Positions 10,128-20,742 are shown, counted from the first letter of the stretch. The stretch: 64,000 nucleotides of DNA from Kiritimatiellia bacterium (GCA_040767085.1 JAXGPF010000007.1:96001-160000), one strand, 5' to 3'. Notes: a model not told the origin generated them from the letters alone. Numbers and translations: made by a program.

Positions 10128-12350
10128 ATGCCGCGCATCGCCAAAATCGTGGTGGAAATTTCGCTGGGACGCGAATTCGATTACCTGATACCAGAACGCC
10201 TGGCCGGGCAAATCCAGCTCGGCACGCGGGTGCTGGCGCCTTTCCGCCACTCCGTCGCCCGCGGCTACGTGGTGGGATTTGCGGAACATTCCGCCTGCGC
10301 GTCCCTCAAGGAAATTCAGGACCTGATCGGCGAGCGGCCGCTGCTGACGCCGATCGTGCTGCAATTGGCGCGCTGGATGAGCGAATACTACTGCTGCACC
10401 CTGGAACAGGCCATCCGCACCGTCCTCCCCTGCGCCATCCGCCGCGCCGGCGCCCGGCACCGCGCCCTGCTGTATGTCGAGCCGGCCGACCCGCCCGCGG
10501 ACAACGCCCGGCTGGACGCGCTGCGCCGCGCGGCGCCGCGGCGGGCGCAACTGCTGGAACAATTGCATGCCGAGGGATCGCAGCCCATGGCGGACTTCAC
10601 GCGCCGCGCCCGCGCCAGCGCAAACATCCTGCGGCAGATGGAAAAAGACGGTCTGTTGCATCTGCGCCGGCGGACGGCCGAGCGCAATCCGTCGGAACAC
10701 CTCGCCCTGTTGAACATCCTGCCCACGCAGCCGCTGGAACTCTTCCCGGAACAGGTCCGCGCGCTGGAACTGGCGCGGCAGGCGATTGACAAGCATACCC
10801 CGCCGGTGATCCTGCTGCACGGGGTGACCGGCAGCGGCAAAACCGAGGTTTACCTGCAAGCCATCAGCCATGCGCTGCGCCAGGGACGCGGCGCCATCAT
10901 GTTGGTGCCGGAAATTGCGCTGACCCCGCAGACCGTGGAACGGTTCCACAGCCGGTTCGGCAAGGAAATCGCCGTGCTGCACAGCCACCTGTCCGACGGC
11001 GAGCGCCACGACGAGTGGCACCGGATTCACAACGGCCGGGCGCGCATTGTCGTCGGCGCGCGTTCAGCCCTGTTCGCCCCGGTGGAAAACCTGGGCCTGA
11101 TCGTCGTGGACGAGGAACACGAACCCAGTTACAAGCAAGCCGAGGCGCCCCGTTACAACGCGCGCGATGTCGCCGTAATGCGCGGCCACATGGAAAAATG
11201 CGCGGTAATGCTCGGTTCCGCCACGCCGGCCCTGGAATCGTTTTACAACGCGCGCCGCGGCAAGTACTTTCTCAGCGCCATGCCGCATCGCGTGGACCAT
11301 CGCGCTATGCCCGCCATGCGCATCGTGGACATGCGCGCGGAGACGGAACGCGAAGGACGCCTGAACGTATTTTCGCGCGCGTTGCTGGACGCCATGCGCC
11401 GGCGCCTGGAAAACGGCGAACAAACCATCCTGTTCCTCAACCGGCGCGGATTCGCCACCACCGTGATGTGTCCGCAATGCGGCTTTACCGCTGCCTGCTC
11501 CCAGTGCAGCGTCAGCATGACTTACCACCGCGCCGCGGCGGAAATCCGCTGCCATATCTGCGGCAGCAGCGCGCCGGCGCCTGACAAATGCCCGGCCTGC
11601 GGCCTGCCGACGCTGAAATTCAGCGGCATCGGCACGCAGCGCATCGAGAGCGCCGTCCGCGCCATCCTCCCGCAAGCGCGCGTCCAGCGTATGGACGCCG
11701 ATACCGCCGCCGCCAAGCACGCCTACACCAACATCCTCGGCGACTTCAAGGCCGGCAAAACCGACATCCTGATCGGCACCCAGATGATCGCCAAAGGACT
11801 GCATTTCCCGGGCGTGACGCTTGTCGGCGTGGTCTGCGCCGACAGCAGTCTGCACCTGCCGGACTTCCGCGCCGCCGAACGCACCTTCCAACTCCTGCTG
11901 CAGGTGGCCGGGCGCGCCGGGCGCGGCGAGATTCCGGGGGAAGTGATCATCCAGACTTTTTCACCCGCCCATCCGGCCATCCAGTCCGCGCGCCGGCAGG
12001 ATTACGCGGGATTCTGCGACCAGGAACTCGAAGCCCGCCGCGAACTGATGTATCCTCCGTTTACCCACCTGATTTGCCTGACCTTCGAAGGATCGCGCGA
12101 GGCGGCGGTAATCGCCGCCGCCGACCGCCTGGCCGGGCGGCTGCGGACGCTGCTCCATCCGGCCATCATTCAGGCCGGCCCGATGCCGGCGCCGCTGAGC
12201 AAAATCAAGGGGCGCAGCCGGCAGCAGATCATCCTGCGCTCCGTATCGGTCAAGGCCATGACCGGGCCGCTGCAAACCGCGCTGGCGGAACTGCCCGCCC
12301 GGTCGGATGTGCGCATCGCCGTCGATGTGGATGCGCTCTCGCTGATGTAA
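10128..12350 (+). CDS. priA: Primosomal protein N' (replication restart helicase)
   Basis: GVTGSGKTEVY, VPEIALTPQ, DEEHE, LNRRG, CxxC zinc motifs, GTQMIAKG, QVAGRAGR; real start MPRIAKI at 10128. Confidence 0.95.
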   Translation: MPRIAKIVVEISLGREFDYLIPERLAGQIQLGTRVLAPFRHSVARGYVVGFAEHSACASLKEIQDLIGERPLLTPIVLQLARWMSEYYCCTLEQAIRTVLPCAIRRAGARHRALLYVEPADPPADNARLDALRRAAPRRAQLLEQLHAEGSQPMADFTRRARASANILRQMEKDGLLHLRRRTAERNPSEHLALLNILPTQPLELFPEQVRALELARQAIDKHTPPVILLHGVTGSGKTEVYLQAISHALRQGRGAIMLVPEIALTPQTVERFHSRFGKEIAVLHSHLSDGERHDEWHRIHNGRARIVVGARSALFAPVENLGLIVVDEEHEPSYKQAEAPRYNARDVAVMRGHMEKCAVMLGSATPALESFYNARRGKYFLSAMPHRVDHRAMPAMRIVDMRAETEREGRLNVFSRALLDAMRRRLENGEQTILFLNRRGFATTVMCPQCGFTAACSQCSVSMTYHRAAAEIRCHICGSSAPAPDKCPACGLPTLKFSGIGTQRIESAVRAILPQARVQRMDADTAAAKHAYTNILGDFKAGKTDILIGTQMIAKGLHFPGVTLVGVVCADSSLHLPDFRAAERTFQLLLQVAGRAGRGEIPGEVIIQTFSPAHPAIQSARRQDYAGFCDQELEARRELMYPPFTHLICLTFEGSREAAVIAAADRLAGRLRTLLHPAIIQAGPMPAPLSKIKGRSRQQIILRSVSVKAMTGPLQTALAELPARSDVRIAVDVDALSLM

Positions 12351-12425
12351 TCTCCGGCTGCCGGCGCTGTTGGGCCATCCAAGCCCAAAACTTACGTTTT
12401 GGAAGTTTTATGGTTTACCTGTTTA

Positions 12426-12678
12426 GTGCCTTAAACCACAGCACCTGCTAAAAAATACAAGAAAATCAGATGGCAGGTGCTGAGGTTTAAGGCACGGTGC
12501 AAGTGCAGGTAACAAGTACAGGCTTGTCCAGAAGCAACTGGATGCAGTCAGTCCGGCATAACCGGACGGGGCGGATGATTCCGGATTGGTTCCGGATCAA
12601 ACCAAGCCTTCACTTGTGGCTTGCACTTGTCACGGCAGTCCGGCTGCTGCCGGACTGTGGCCGCAGGCCGCCTTGTGG
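12426..12678 (+). ncRNA. Candidate structured non-coding RNA / stacked palindromic element
   Basis: 25-bp hairpin (12426-12450/12471-12495), then a 27-bp closing helix (12500-12526/12603-12629) enclosing three hairpins, then further hairpins; family not recognised. Confidence 0.45.
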
Positions 12679-12726
12679 TTTTACGGCAGAATCCCTAACA
12701 CTGAACACCGAACACGGCTGAATTCT

Positions 12727-14016
12727 TCACCCCGTCCCGGCCAGGTACGGCGCCTGCCCCCAACGCGATATATCCGCCGCAAAAAAACAGCCGCCCGTGA
12801 GATACCAGCGGCCGCCGGCGATCATGTGATCGGCCACAATGCGCTGCAGCGAGGTGGCACGCGGCATATCCGCAGGGCGTTCATATACCCGGCCGCAGAC
12901 CCGTTCCATAATTTGGCGATCATTGGCGCCCGGCACGGGATAACGGTAAAACTGGCGCTGGAACTGGACCAGGTTCGACTCCGGTGGCAGATAATCGGCG
13001 AGTTGCGGATCAAACAGCCACGTGGCGCAGGTAAAAGCCCGGGCGGCATATTCCGGGAAATATTCCGGGAAAAATACCGCGGCGGCGCGCAGGGCATCGC
13101 CGCAGGACGCCGGCGTCAAAGGCGCGCCGGCGGGAATGTGAATCCCCAGGACGGGATCGCCGCCGGCCAGGACGGCAGTCCACTCCCCGGGCGGCAGCTT
13201 GACCGGAGTCCGCCGGATGAATCCGCGCGGATCCGACGGATAACCGGTAATCCCTTCAGCCGTGTCATGCAGTTCCGCGACCCAGGCATCCGCGCCGGCG
13301 GTGATCCCATTGGCCCCTTCATACCGACCGTCCGGACGGAAGGTCTGACCGCTTTCCACCAGCAGCACGGTCCGCCCGTCAGCGCGGCAGCGGTAGGCCC
13401 GCCGGTAATTTTGAAAAACTTCGAATCGGAACTGCAACCGGCCCAACCGGAACAACCGGCCGCGGAGATGCCCGTACAGCCAACCCGTGCCCTGCAACTC
13501 GCTCAAGCCCCAGCGCCCGTGTTTGCGGCGGAAATCTTCCAGCCATAAAGGCAGATCGGAGAACGTCGCGCGGGTGACATCCATGGGCACGCCGCGGCTC
13601 CGATGCAGTTCCAGCGCTGACGGCATGCCGGCCAGAAAAACATACGCATAAAACAAATCCGACGCCGGGTGCAATCCTGGCGGCAGGACCGGCCACTTTT
13701 GCAATGCCGCCGCCATGTTGTCCCCGGGCGCCACAAACAGCAGATGCCGGCAATGCCAGGCCAGCCGCCGGAGCGCCGGGCAAGCCCGGAACAGGTCCAG
13801 TCCATCCACCAGGGCCGCGCGCACATCGGCCGGCCATGCCAGCACATCGGCGGTCTTTGCAATCCAAGCGGGATTCAAATATTCCTGCCGGGTATAATCG
13901 CAGGAGGGGCCTGACTGATCCCATTGACTTTGCCAGACGGCGCCGGATTCAGTGGGAATACCGGCGGCCCGCAGGGTTTCCGCCAGGGTTGCGGTTGGGA
14001 TGGACTTTGCGCTCAT
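12727..14016 (-). CDS. Acyltransferase-domain protein (DUF5596 / NAT_N + GNAT_C-like)
   Basis: FRLGRLQF, LGIHIPAGAPL, FTCATWLFDPQL..LPPESNL motifs. Confidence 0.75.
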   Translation of the reverse strand: MSAKSIPTATLAETLRAAGIPTESGAVWQSQWDQSGPSCDYTRQEYLNPAWIAKTADVLAWPADVRAALVDGLDLFRACPALRRLAWHCRHLLFVAPGDNMAAALQKWPVLPPGLHPASDLFYAYVFLAGMPSALELHRSRGVPMDVTRATFSDLPLWLEDFRRKHGRWGLSELQGTGWLYGHLRGRLFRLGRLQFRFEVFQNYRRAYRCRADGRTVLLVESGQTFRPDGRYEGANGITAGADAWVAELHDTAEGITGYPSDPRGFIRRTPVKLPPGEWTAVLAGGDPVLGIHIPAGAPLTPASCGDALRAAAVFFPEYFPEYAARAFTCATWLFDPQLADYLPPESNLVQFQRQFYRYPVPGANDRQIMERVCGRVYERPADMPRATSLQRIVADHMIAGGRWYLTGGCFFAADISRWGQAPYLAGTG

Positions 14017-14367
14017 TCTGCTCCCAAATGTTTTGCAAGGCGGCCAGGAACCGGGCGCCCTACCGATGTAAAATTGCCCTCAGCATTCAGACATGCTGCC
14101 GCCAGGACCCATTGAAACCATTCCGCACACTGAATCACCGCATCATTCTGCCTGATTGTCGGGAAAAATTCAAGCAGGCGTTGGCCGCACCGCGCCGCCC
14201 TGCCGTCCCTGCCAGGCCGGTCTTCACCGGCCCATCCAGACGCGTTTTCCCGGCGGCTGTGTGTGGCGGAGCATTCAGAGTGTTCAGTGTTCGCTGGCCC
14301 CTCCTGATAAAACTCGCATTTATCTGGATTCTGCCGGCCAAGCGCGAAAATTCAGGTAAAAAATCTA

Positions 14368-14396
14368 TGGACAAAACCAAGCCTTAATTGTATCCT
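14368..14396 (+). promoter_or_regulatory. Putative sigma-70 promoter of the giant surface protein gene
   Basis: TGGACA-N17-TATCCT about 65 nt upstream of ATG 14462. Confidence 0.4.
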
Positions 14397-14461
14397 TCAA
14401 CCCAGCGTGGCGTAGTCTTTTGCCGCGTTTTTATTGAAATTCCACCCCATGAGGCTGTTGC

Positions 14462-17400
14462 ATGAAACGATCCGCAAACGGAGCTGAAATCGCCCTGCAA
14501 AAATCATCCCGGCTGATATGGTTTACGGCCTTGCTCTGGTGCCTGGCCGCCGCGCAGGCCAGCCCGGCCCCCGCCCTGCCGGCCAGTCCGCGCCCTGACC
14601 TGCCTTTCATCCTGAACCAGGGCCAGGTGGCCGACGACTCCGTCCTGTTCCATACCCGCACCTTCAGCGGCGCTGCTTTTGTGAAGAAAAACGGCGCCAT
14701 TGTTTATACCATCGCCGGCGCGGCCCGTCCGGACGCCTCCGGACAGGCGGTCCGCGCCCTGGCGGTGATCGAAGAAATGCTGCTGGGCGCCAGAAACATC
14801 CAGCCGGCGGGAGTGGAACCGGCCTCCGCCAGGATCAACTTCCTCCTGGGCAGCCCCGAACAATGGCGTCTGGATACGCCCTCATTTCACGCGGTCAACC
14901 TGCCGGAAGTTTACGAGGGCGTGGAACTCGAACTCCGCGCGCACGCTAATAATATCGAAAAAATCTTCACCATCGCGCCGGGCGCCGACCCGGCGCAAAT
15001 CCGCATGCAATTGTCCGGCATCGAACAACTCAGCGTCAACGACCGGGGCGAACTGGTCGCGCGCAGCGCGCTGGGCGACATCCGCTTCACCAAGCCCGTT
15101 GCCTGGCAGGAGACGGGCGCCACCCGCCGGCAAAGCGTGGAAGTGGCCTACGCGGTTGACGGCGTGTCCTTCGGGTTTCAACTGGGCGCCTATGATCCCG
15201 CCCGGCCACTGATGATCGACCCGCTGCTGGCCGGCACCTTCATCGGCGGCAGCGGCGCTGACGTCATGTCCGCGATGGCCCAAGACGAGGCCGGCAACAT
15301 ATACGCCGCCGGTTACACCGACTCGGCGCTGGATTTCCCCATGGCGCCCGGGGCAACCACCAATTACCAGGGCGGCTTATACGACGCCGTTGTCGTCAAA
15401 TTTGACCCGCAACTGACCGAATTGCTGGCGGCCACATTTCTGGGCGGCAGCGGCCAGGACCAAGCCTGGGGCATGGCCTACAACTCCGCCAACAACGCGA
15501 TTTACGTGGGCGGCTCCACCGACTCCTCCAATTTCATGGGATATGCCAGCCTGGGCAGCCTGGATGGATTTGTCGTGAAACTGAATACCAGCCTCCAGAC
15601 CCCATCCGTCATGCGGATGGGCGGTTCATCCAACGAAACCATCCGCGCCTTGGGCGCCAGGAACAACAAAATCTACGCGGCGGGCGAAACCGCTTCCACT
15701 AATTTCAATCTCGTTGTTAACGGCGGGCTGCAGCCTCCCATCCAAGGAGACCTGCGCGGGGCAACCAACGCCTTTGCCGCGGTGCTGGATCAGAACTTTA
15801 ATGTGAGCGCCAGCGGCGCCACCTACCTGGGCGGCAACGCCGCCGATGCCGCACTGGCCCTGGCGGTGGACGGCAATGGCGCCCTGATCCTGGCCGGCCG
15901 CACTTCGTCAACCAATTTCCCCACCTTTGGCGCCAGTCCGCAAAAAACCATAGGCGGCGGCGGGAACGACGCCTTCATCGCCAAGATCAGTTCCAATTTC
16001 CTTACGCTGCAAGCCGGAACCTACCTGGGCGGCAACGGCATTGATTACGCCAACGCCGTGGCGGTGGACATCAGCAACAATATTTACGTCGCCGGATTCA
16101 CGTTTTCCAGCGGCGGTTTTCCCACGAATAATATGTTTGGCACCACATATCGCGCCAACGTTATAGATGGCGGTGATATTTTCCTTACACGGCTGAATTC
16201 AGCCATTTCCACCTTCCAGGCTTCCACCTATTTCGGCGGCTCTGGCCGCGACGAAGCCCTGTCACTGACCGTAATCAGCGACACCAACCGCACGGACGTT
16301 CTGTTCGCAGGCTCAACTTATTCCCTTCCTTCGAGCTTTACGATCACACCGAATGTTGATCAGACTAATAACAACGGGTTAGGTGACGTCTGCCTGGTTA
16401 AATTCCGCAACACCCTGACCAATAACAGCCTGTTGGCCAGCACCTTCTTGGGCGGCGCGGCCAATGACACTCCCAGCGCGATCATGGTTGACGCCGCCAC
16501 CAACAGCATCTACCTGGCCGGAGCAACGACTTCATCCAACTTCCCCCTGCCGGGCTTCGGCTGCCAGAACGCCAACGCCGGCGGCGCTTCGGATGGGTTC
16601 ATCGTCCGCATGAACATCGCCATGAAATTCGGATCCCTGAAATGGAAATATGACATTGAAGATCCCTTCAACGACATTTTCGGCCTGCCAACTATGGGCT
16701 GGGACGGCACACTTTATGTCGCCGGCGGCCCGTATTTATACGCGGTGAATCCGGACGGCACATTCAAATGGAAGTTTACATCATCGCATGGCTCTTTCAC
16801 ACCGCCCATTGGGGAAGCATCTTACGGCATGGGTTCCACGCCCGCGGTTGACACCAACGGCAATATTTACATCTGCGCTTCCTATGACACTGACAATCGC
16901 ATGTATCTGTATTGCATTTCACCCACCGGATCCATGAATTGGGTGTGTCCGCCCGCGGGCTACGGCATGGAGGGATTTCCGATGTACTCCTCGCCGGCGA
17001 TTGCCGCGGACGGCACCGTTTATGTCAACGGCATCAACGGGGCTCTGTACGGGGTGGATGCCAATGGCACAATTACATACACTAACTCAACCATGCACGG
17101 TTCGGCGCAGGGTTCGCCGGCCATCGCCACCAACGGCATCGTTTATTCGCTGGCGCTTCACCCCATTGATGGATCCACGCTGTACGCCATCCAGAACAAC
17201 ACCGTCCTCTGGACCAACCTTTTCCCCGCCAGCGCCTCTGGAGGGAGGTCTTCACCGGCCATCGGCACCAACGGCACAATCTATGTTTGCGCTGGAAATA
17301 ATCTTTATGCGGTGGGCACAAACGGCAGCACCCTGCGGACCTGGAAAACGCCCAATGTCATTTATTCCTCGCCGGCGATTGACAGTAATGGCATGATTTA

Positions 17401-20400
17401 TGTCGGCAGCAGCAATCGCCTCTACTCCTTTAATAGCGCCAGCGGGATCACCAACTGGGCCTGCCCGGTGGACGGCATGGTTACTTCCTCCCCCGCCATA
17501 GACAACAACGGCAATATTTACGTGGCCGATAGCATCTATCTTTACTCGTTCGCAGCGGCCGGCCAGACCAACTGGAAATTTGAGTTGGACGATTATATCA
17601 GCCACCATTCGCCGCTCATCGGCACGGACGGCACAATTTACATGACGGATTTGTCCGGCTTGTATGCCGTTTACGGGCCGGCGCCCTTGAACCAGTCGTC
17701 GCCCTGGGCTACTTTCAGCCATGATGTGCTGCGCACCGGCAATGCCGGGTTTGATCCGCGCCGGTATGCCGCGCCCACCGGCGTGACCGCCTCCGATGGC
17801 ACATACCCCGAAAGTGTCGCCGTCAGTTGGAACGCCATTCCCAACGTCATCTATTACGAAGTCTGGCGCTCCACCACCAATGACACAGCCACCGCCGAAC
17901 CCCACCTCCGTTTGACCAGAACCAATTTCATGGATACGGCCATCATCCCGGGCGAAGTCTATTATTACTGGCTTAAGGCCAAAACCCATGTGGTGCTGGA
18001 GAGCGACTTCAGCGCCGGCGATTCCGGCGGCTCCCCGCCCATCAGGCCGCAGGCCGTTACTGCCTCCAAGGGCGTGCCGACCAACTATGTGCATGTAACA
18101 TGGCAACCGTCGGAACGCGCCGTGAGTTACGACATCTACCGGTCCTTCTACAACGACACCGGCACGGCGGAAATCGTCACGACGGTCGCCGGTACGAATT
18201 TCGACGATCATGCCGTCCTGGCCTTCCCCGGGCGCGCGCATTATTACTGGGTCACCGCCGCCAATGCCATTGACTGGCACAGCCCGTTCAGCGCGGGTGA
18301 TGGCGCCGCCAATGCCGGCGGGATTCCGCCCAACATGCCGATGAACCTGACGGCCGGCAAAGGTTTGACTTCCACTAATGTGCCGCTGGCCTGGGATGCC
18401 GCTCATTACGATGTGACCTCTTATGTCATCTACCGGCATACTGACCCCGACCATTCGAATGCCGTGCCCATCGCCACCAACGGCGCGGTTACCTTCTACA
18501 ACGACCGCGGTACCGTGCCGTTCAAGACCAACTATTACTGGGTCAGGGCCACCAACCAATACGGCTTCAGCGGCTACAGCGCCATGGATTCCGGGTACAC
18601 AAAGCTGCTGCCGCCCTTGTCCGTCACCGCCTCGGTGGAACTCACCAACCGGGTGTATGTCACCTGGGCGATTGAATCGACCAACGCCACCAGTTACAGC
18701 ATTTACCGCGGCGTCACCACCAACCCGGCGGAAGCGGTCGAACTGGCCTCGGTCCCCTATCTTGGCCCGGCTGACACCAACTTCACCGATTTCAGCATCA
18801 CCCTGGGCAGCGAGTATTATTACTTCGCCCGCGCAGGCAATGATTACGGGCACAGCGGTTTCAGCCCGCCCTCGCAACCGGGCGGCACTTTCCCGCTGCC
18901 GCCGACCACCCTCGAAGCCTCAGACGGCACCTACCCCGACATTATTCGGGTCACTTGGAATCCTTCACCCTCGCCGGGAACGCTTGGGTACAATGTTTAT
19001 CGCGCCACGACATTCGACCCGAAATACGCCACACTGATCGGCGCCGCCAGCATCTGCGCCTTCAATGACGTAAATAGCGATTCCGGCCGGCGCTACTATT
19101 ACTGGGCAGCCGCCACCAACCGACTGGGCCAGAGCAAGTTCAGCGGCTTGACTTCCGGTTGGCGGCCAATGCCCGCCCCGGCATCCATCTCCGCTACCGT
19201 CGGCACTTCCACCAGCGGCATCACGGTGGCCTGGAGTTCCGTACCGAATGCCGACCGCTATGAAATCTGGCGCAACACCAGCAACGCGTCCAACACGGCC
19301 GAAAAAGTTCAGAATTCCTGGCCGACGATTTCGTACCATGACACCGAAGTGCCCTCCGGCATCCGGCACTATTACTGGGTCAAGGCCAAAAACAGCGAAT
19401 TTGCCAGCATTTTCAGCCGCTCGGCCAACGGATACCGCTCGGAAGGCCCCGCGGACCTGGCCGCGCGTTCTCTGACCTGTCATCCCAGCGTGCTGGCTCC
19501 CGGAGCGCATCCGGAAGCGCTGGGCTTTGAATTCGCCAACCTCGGCCCCAACAGTATGCCTGCATCCAATGCGCGCATCACCGCTGAATTTTACCTGTCC
19601 CCCACGGCTTCCTTCAATCCCGCCACGGCCAAAACGATGGGCACACTGCAATTGAACCTGCCGGTGAACGCGGGCCGCACCCGCGCTTATACGCTGAACG
19701 CCGGCGACCTGGCTCAACTGACCGTCCCGCAGGTGACTTTCGGGAATTACTATCTCTTTCTTTTCATTAACCACGTTCCGCCCTCCACCTGGAGCGACCC
19801 TTACCTGGGCAACAATCGCATCCGCCGCGCCGGCAACCCGCTGGTCATCAATGCCACTGGCGGCGGCAAGCAAGCATGGAACGACTACGATGGCGACGGC
19901 AAGTCCGACCCGGCCGTTTACCGCGCCGCGGACGGGCGCTGGCGGGTCTGGATGTCGGGATTGGGCTACGCGGAAATTACCGCGGACGGCATGGGCGGCC
20001 CGGATTACCTGCCCGTGCCGGCAGATTATGACAAGGACGGCAAAACCGACCCGGCCGTTTACCGCGCCGCGGACGGGCGTTGGCGCGCCTGGCTCTCCCG
20101 TTCCAATTACGCCGAGGCATCCGGCGCGGGTATGGGCGCTCCGGATTACATGGCAGTTCCAGGCGATTATGACGGCGACGGCAAGGCGGATCCGGCAGTC
20201 TATCGCGCCGCGGATGGACGCTGGCGCATCTGGCGTTCGGGGTTCGATTACGCCGAAACGTCCTACCAGCGCGGCGGACTGGGCACTACTCCTACTCCCG
20301 GCGCCTATGATTATGACGCCAAAACCGATCCCGCGGTGTATAATATGAATGCCGCCAGCTGGCGTATCTGGCTTTCCGCTTATGATTACGCCGAGCATAA

Positions 20401-20734
20401 CGTCAATCAATGGGGCGGCGCGAGCTTGATGCCCGCGCCCGGTGATTACAACGGCGACGGTCTGACGGACCTGGCCATTTACCATGCCGCCATGGGATAC
20501 TGGTTCGTCAATGACATCAATGGACAGCAGATCATCTGGGGCGTATACTGGGGCGGCGCCGACTTCCATCCCGTACCCGGCGATTATGACGGCGACGGCA
20601 CCATGGACCTGGCAGTTTATCATATCGCTTCAGGACAATGGTTTGTTCAGACCGTCGCGGGCGGGATTCTCGCCTACGGCGTGACCCTGGGCGGACCGGA
20701 TTACATTCCCGCCGGCAAATGCAACGGATTTTAA
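14462..20734 (+). CDS. 2090-aa secreted surface protein: SBBP beta-propeller, PQQ-like propeller, fibronectin III repeats, CARDB-like domain, C-terminal FG-GAP/VCBS repeats
   Basis: Signal peptide (..CLAAAQA); FILNQGQ and YDPARPLMIDP; TYLGG repeats; SSPAI/DGTVY repeats; VTASDG..VSW..YYYWV repeats; GDYDGDGKxDPAVY repeats. Confidence 0.85.
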   Translation: MKRSANGAEIALQKSSRLIWFTALLWCLAAAQASPAPALPASPRPDLPFILNQGQVADDSVLFHTRTFSGAAFVKKNGAIVYTIAGAARPDASGQAVRALAVIEEMLLGARNIQPAGVEPASARINFLLGSPEQWRLDTPSFHAVNLPEVYEGVELELRAHANNIEKIFTIAPGADPAQIRMQLSGIEQLSVNDRGELVARSALGDIRFTKPVAWQETGATRRQSVEVAYAVDGVSFGFQLGAYDPARPLMIDPLLAGTFIGGSGADVMSAMAQDEAGNIYAAGYTDSALDFPMAPGATTNYQGGLYDAVVVKFDPQLTELLAATFLGGSGQDQAWGMAYNSANNAIYVGGSTDSSNFMGYASLGSLDGFVVKLNTSLQTPSVMRMGGSSNETIRALGARNNKIYAAGETASTNFNLVVNGGLQPPIQGDLRGATNAFAAVLDQNFNVSASGATYLGGNAADAALALAVDGNGALILAGRTSSTNFPTFGASPQKTIGGGGNDAFIAKISSNFLTLQAGTYLGGNGIDYANAVAVDISNNIYVAGFTFSSGGFPTNNMFGTTYRANVIDGGDIFLTRLNSAISTFQASTYFGGSGRDEALSLTVISDTNRTDVLFAGSTYSLPSSFTITPNVDQTNNNGLGDVCLVKFRNTLTNNSLLASTFLGGAANDTPSAIMVDAATNSIYLAGATTSSNFPLPGFGCQNANAGGASDGFIVRMNIAMKFGSLKWKYDIEDPFNDIFGLPTMGWDGTLYVAGGPYLYAVNPDGTFKWKFTSSHGSFTPPIGEASYGMGSTPAVDTNGNIYICASYDTDNRMYLYCISPTGSMNWVCPPAGYGMEGFPMYSSPAIAADGTVYVNGINGALYGVDANGTITYTNSTMHGSAQGSPAIATNGIVYSLALHPIDGSTLYAIQNNTVLWTNLFPASASGGRSSPAIGTNGTIYVCAGNNLYAVGTNGSTLRTWKTPNVIYSSPAIDSNGMIYVGSSNRLYSFNSASGITNWACPVDGMVTSSPAIDNNGNIYVADSIYLYSFAAAGQTNWKFELDDYISHHSPLIGTDGTIYMTDLSGLYAVYGPAPLNQSSPWATFSHDVLRTGNAGFDPRRYAAPTGVTASDGTYPESVAVSWNAIPNVIYYEVWRSTTNDTATAEPHLRLTRTNFMDTAIIPGEVYYYWLKAKTHVVLESDFSAGDSGGSPPIRPQAVTASKGVPTNYVHVTWQPSERAVSYDIYRSFYNDTGTAEIVTTVAGTNFDDHAVLAFPGRAHYYWVTAANAIDWHSPFSAGDGAANAGGIPPNMPMNLTAGKGLTSTNVPLAWDAAHYDVTSYVIYRHTDPDHSNAVPIATNGAVTFYNDRGTVPFKTNYYWVRATNQYGFSGYSAMDSGYTKLLPPLSVTASVELTNRVYVTWAIESTNATSYSIYRGVTTNPAEAVELASVPYLGPADTNFTDFSITLGSEYYYFARAGNDYGHSGFSPPSQPGGTFPLPPTTLEASDGTYPDIIRVTWNPSPSPGTLGYNVYRATTFDPKYATLIGAASICAFNDVNSDSGRRYYYWAAATNRLGQSKFSGLTSGWRPMPAPASISATVGTSTSGITVAWSSVPNADRYEIWRNTSNASNTAEKVQNSWPTISYHDTEVPSGIRHYYWVKAKNSEFASIFSRSANGYRSEGPADLAARSLTCHPSVLAPGAHPEALGFEFANLGPNSMPASNARITAEFYLSPTASFNPATAKTMGTLQLNLPVNAGRTRAYTLNAGDLAQLTVPQVTFGNYYLFLFINHVPPSTWSDPYLGNNRIRRAGNPLVINATGGGKQAWNDYDGDGKSDPAVYRAADGRWRVWMSGLGYAEITADGMGGPDYLPVPADYDKDGKTDPAVYRAADGRWRAWLSRSNYAEASGAGMGAPDYMAVPGDYDGDGKADPAVYRAADGRWRIWRSGFDYAETSYQRGGLGTTPTPGAYDYDAKTDPAVYNMNAASWRIWLSAYDYAEHNVNQWGGASLMPAPGDYNGDGLTDLAIYHAAMGYWFVNDINGQQIIWGVYWGGADFHPVPGDYDGDGTMDLAVYHIASGQWFVQTVAGGILAYGVTLGGPDYIPAGKCNGF
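19895..20228 (+). repeat. Intragenic 141-bp-period repeats encoding FG-GAP units
   Basis: gacggcaa..ccgacccggccgtttaccgcgccgcggacgggcg at 19895 and 20036; diverged copy at 20177. Confidence 0.8.
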
Positions 20735-20742
20735 AATTTATT

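Noticed and set aside
12426-12678. Retron msr/msd or DGR-type element
   Set aside because: No reverse transcriptase in the window and no template/variable repeat pair with adenine-specific differences
12697-14292. Inverted aacactgaacac motifs either side of the acyltransferase gene
   Set aside because: Only 12 bp of low-complexity heptamer repeat; too weak to call element ends
14408-14423. Possible sigma-54 promoter tggcgtagtcttttgc before the adhesin gene
   Set aside because: Spacing is GG-N11-GC, not the required N10
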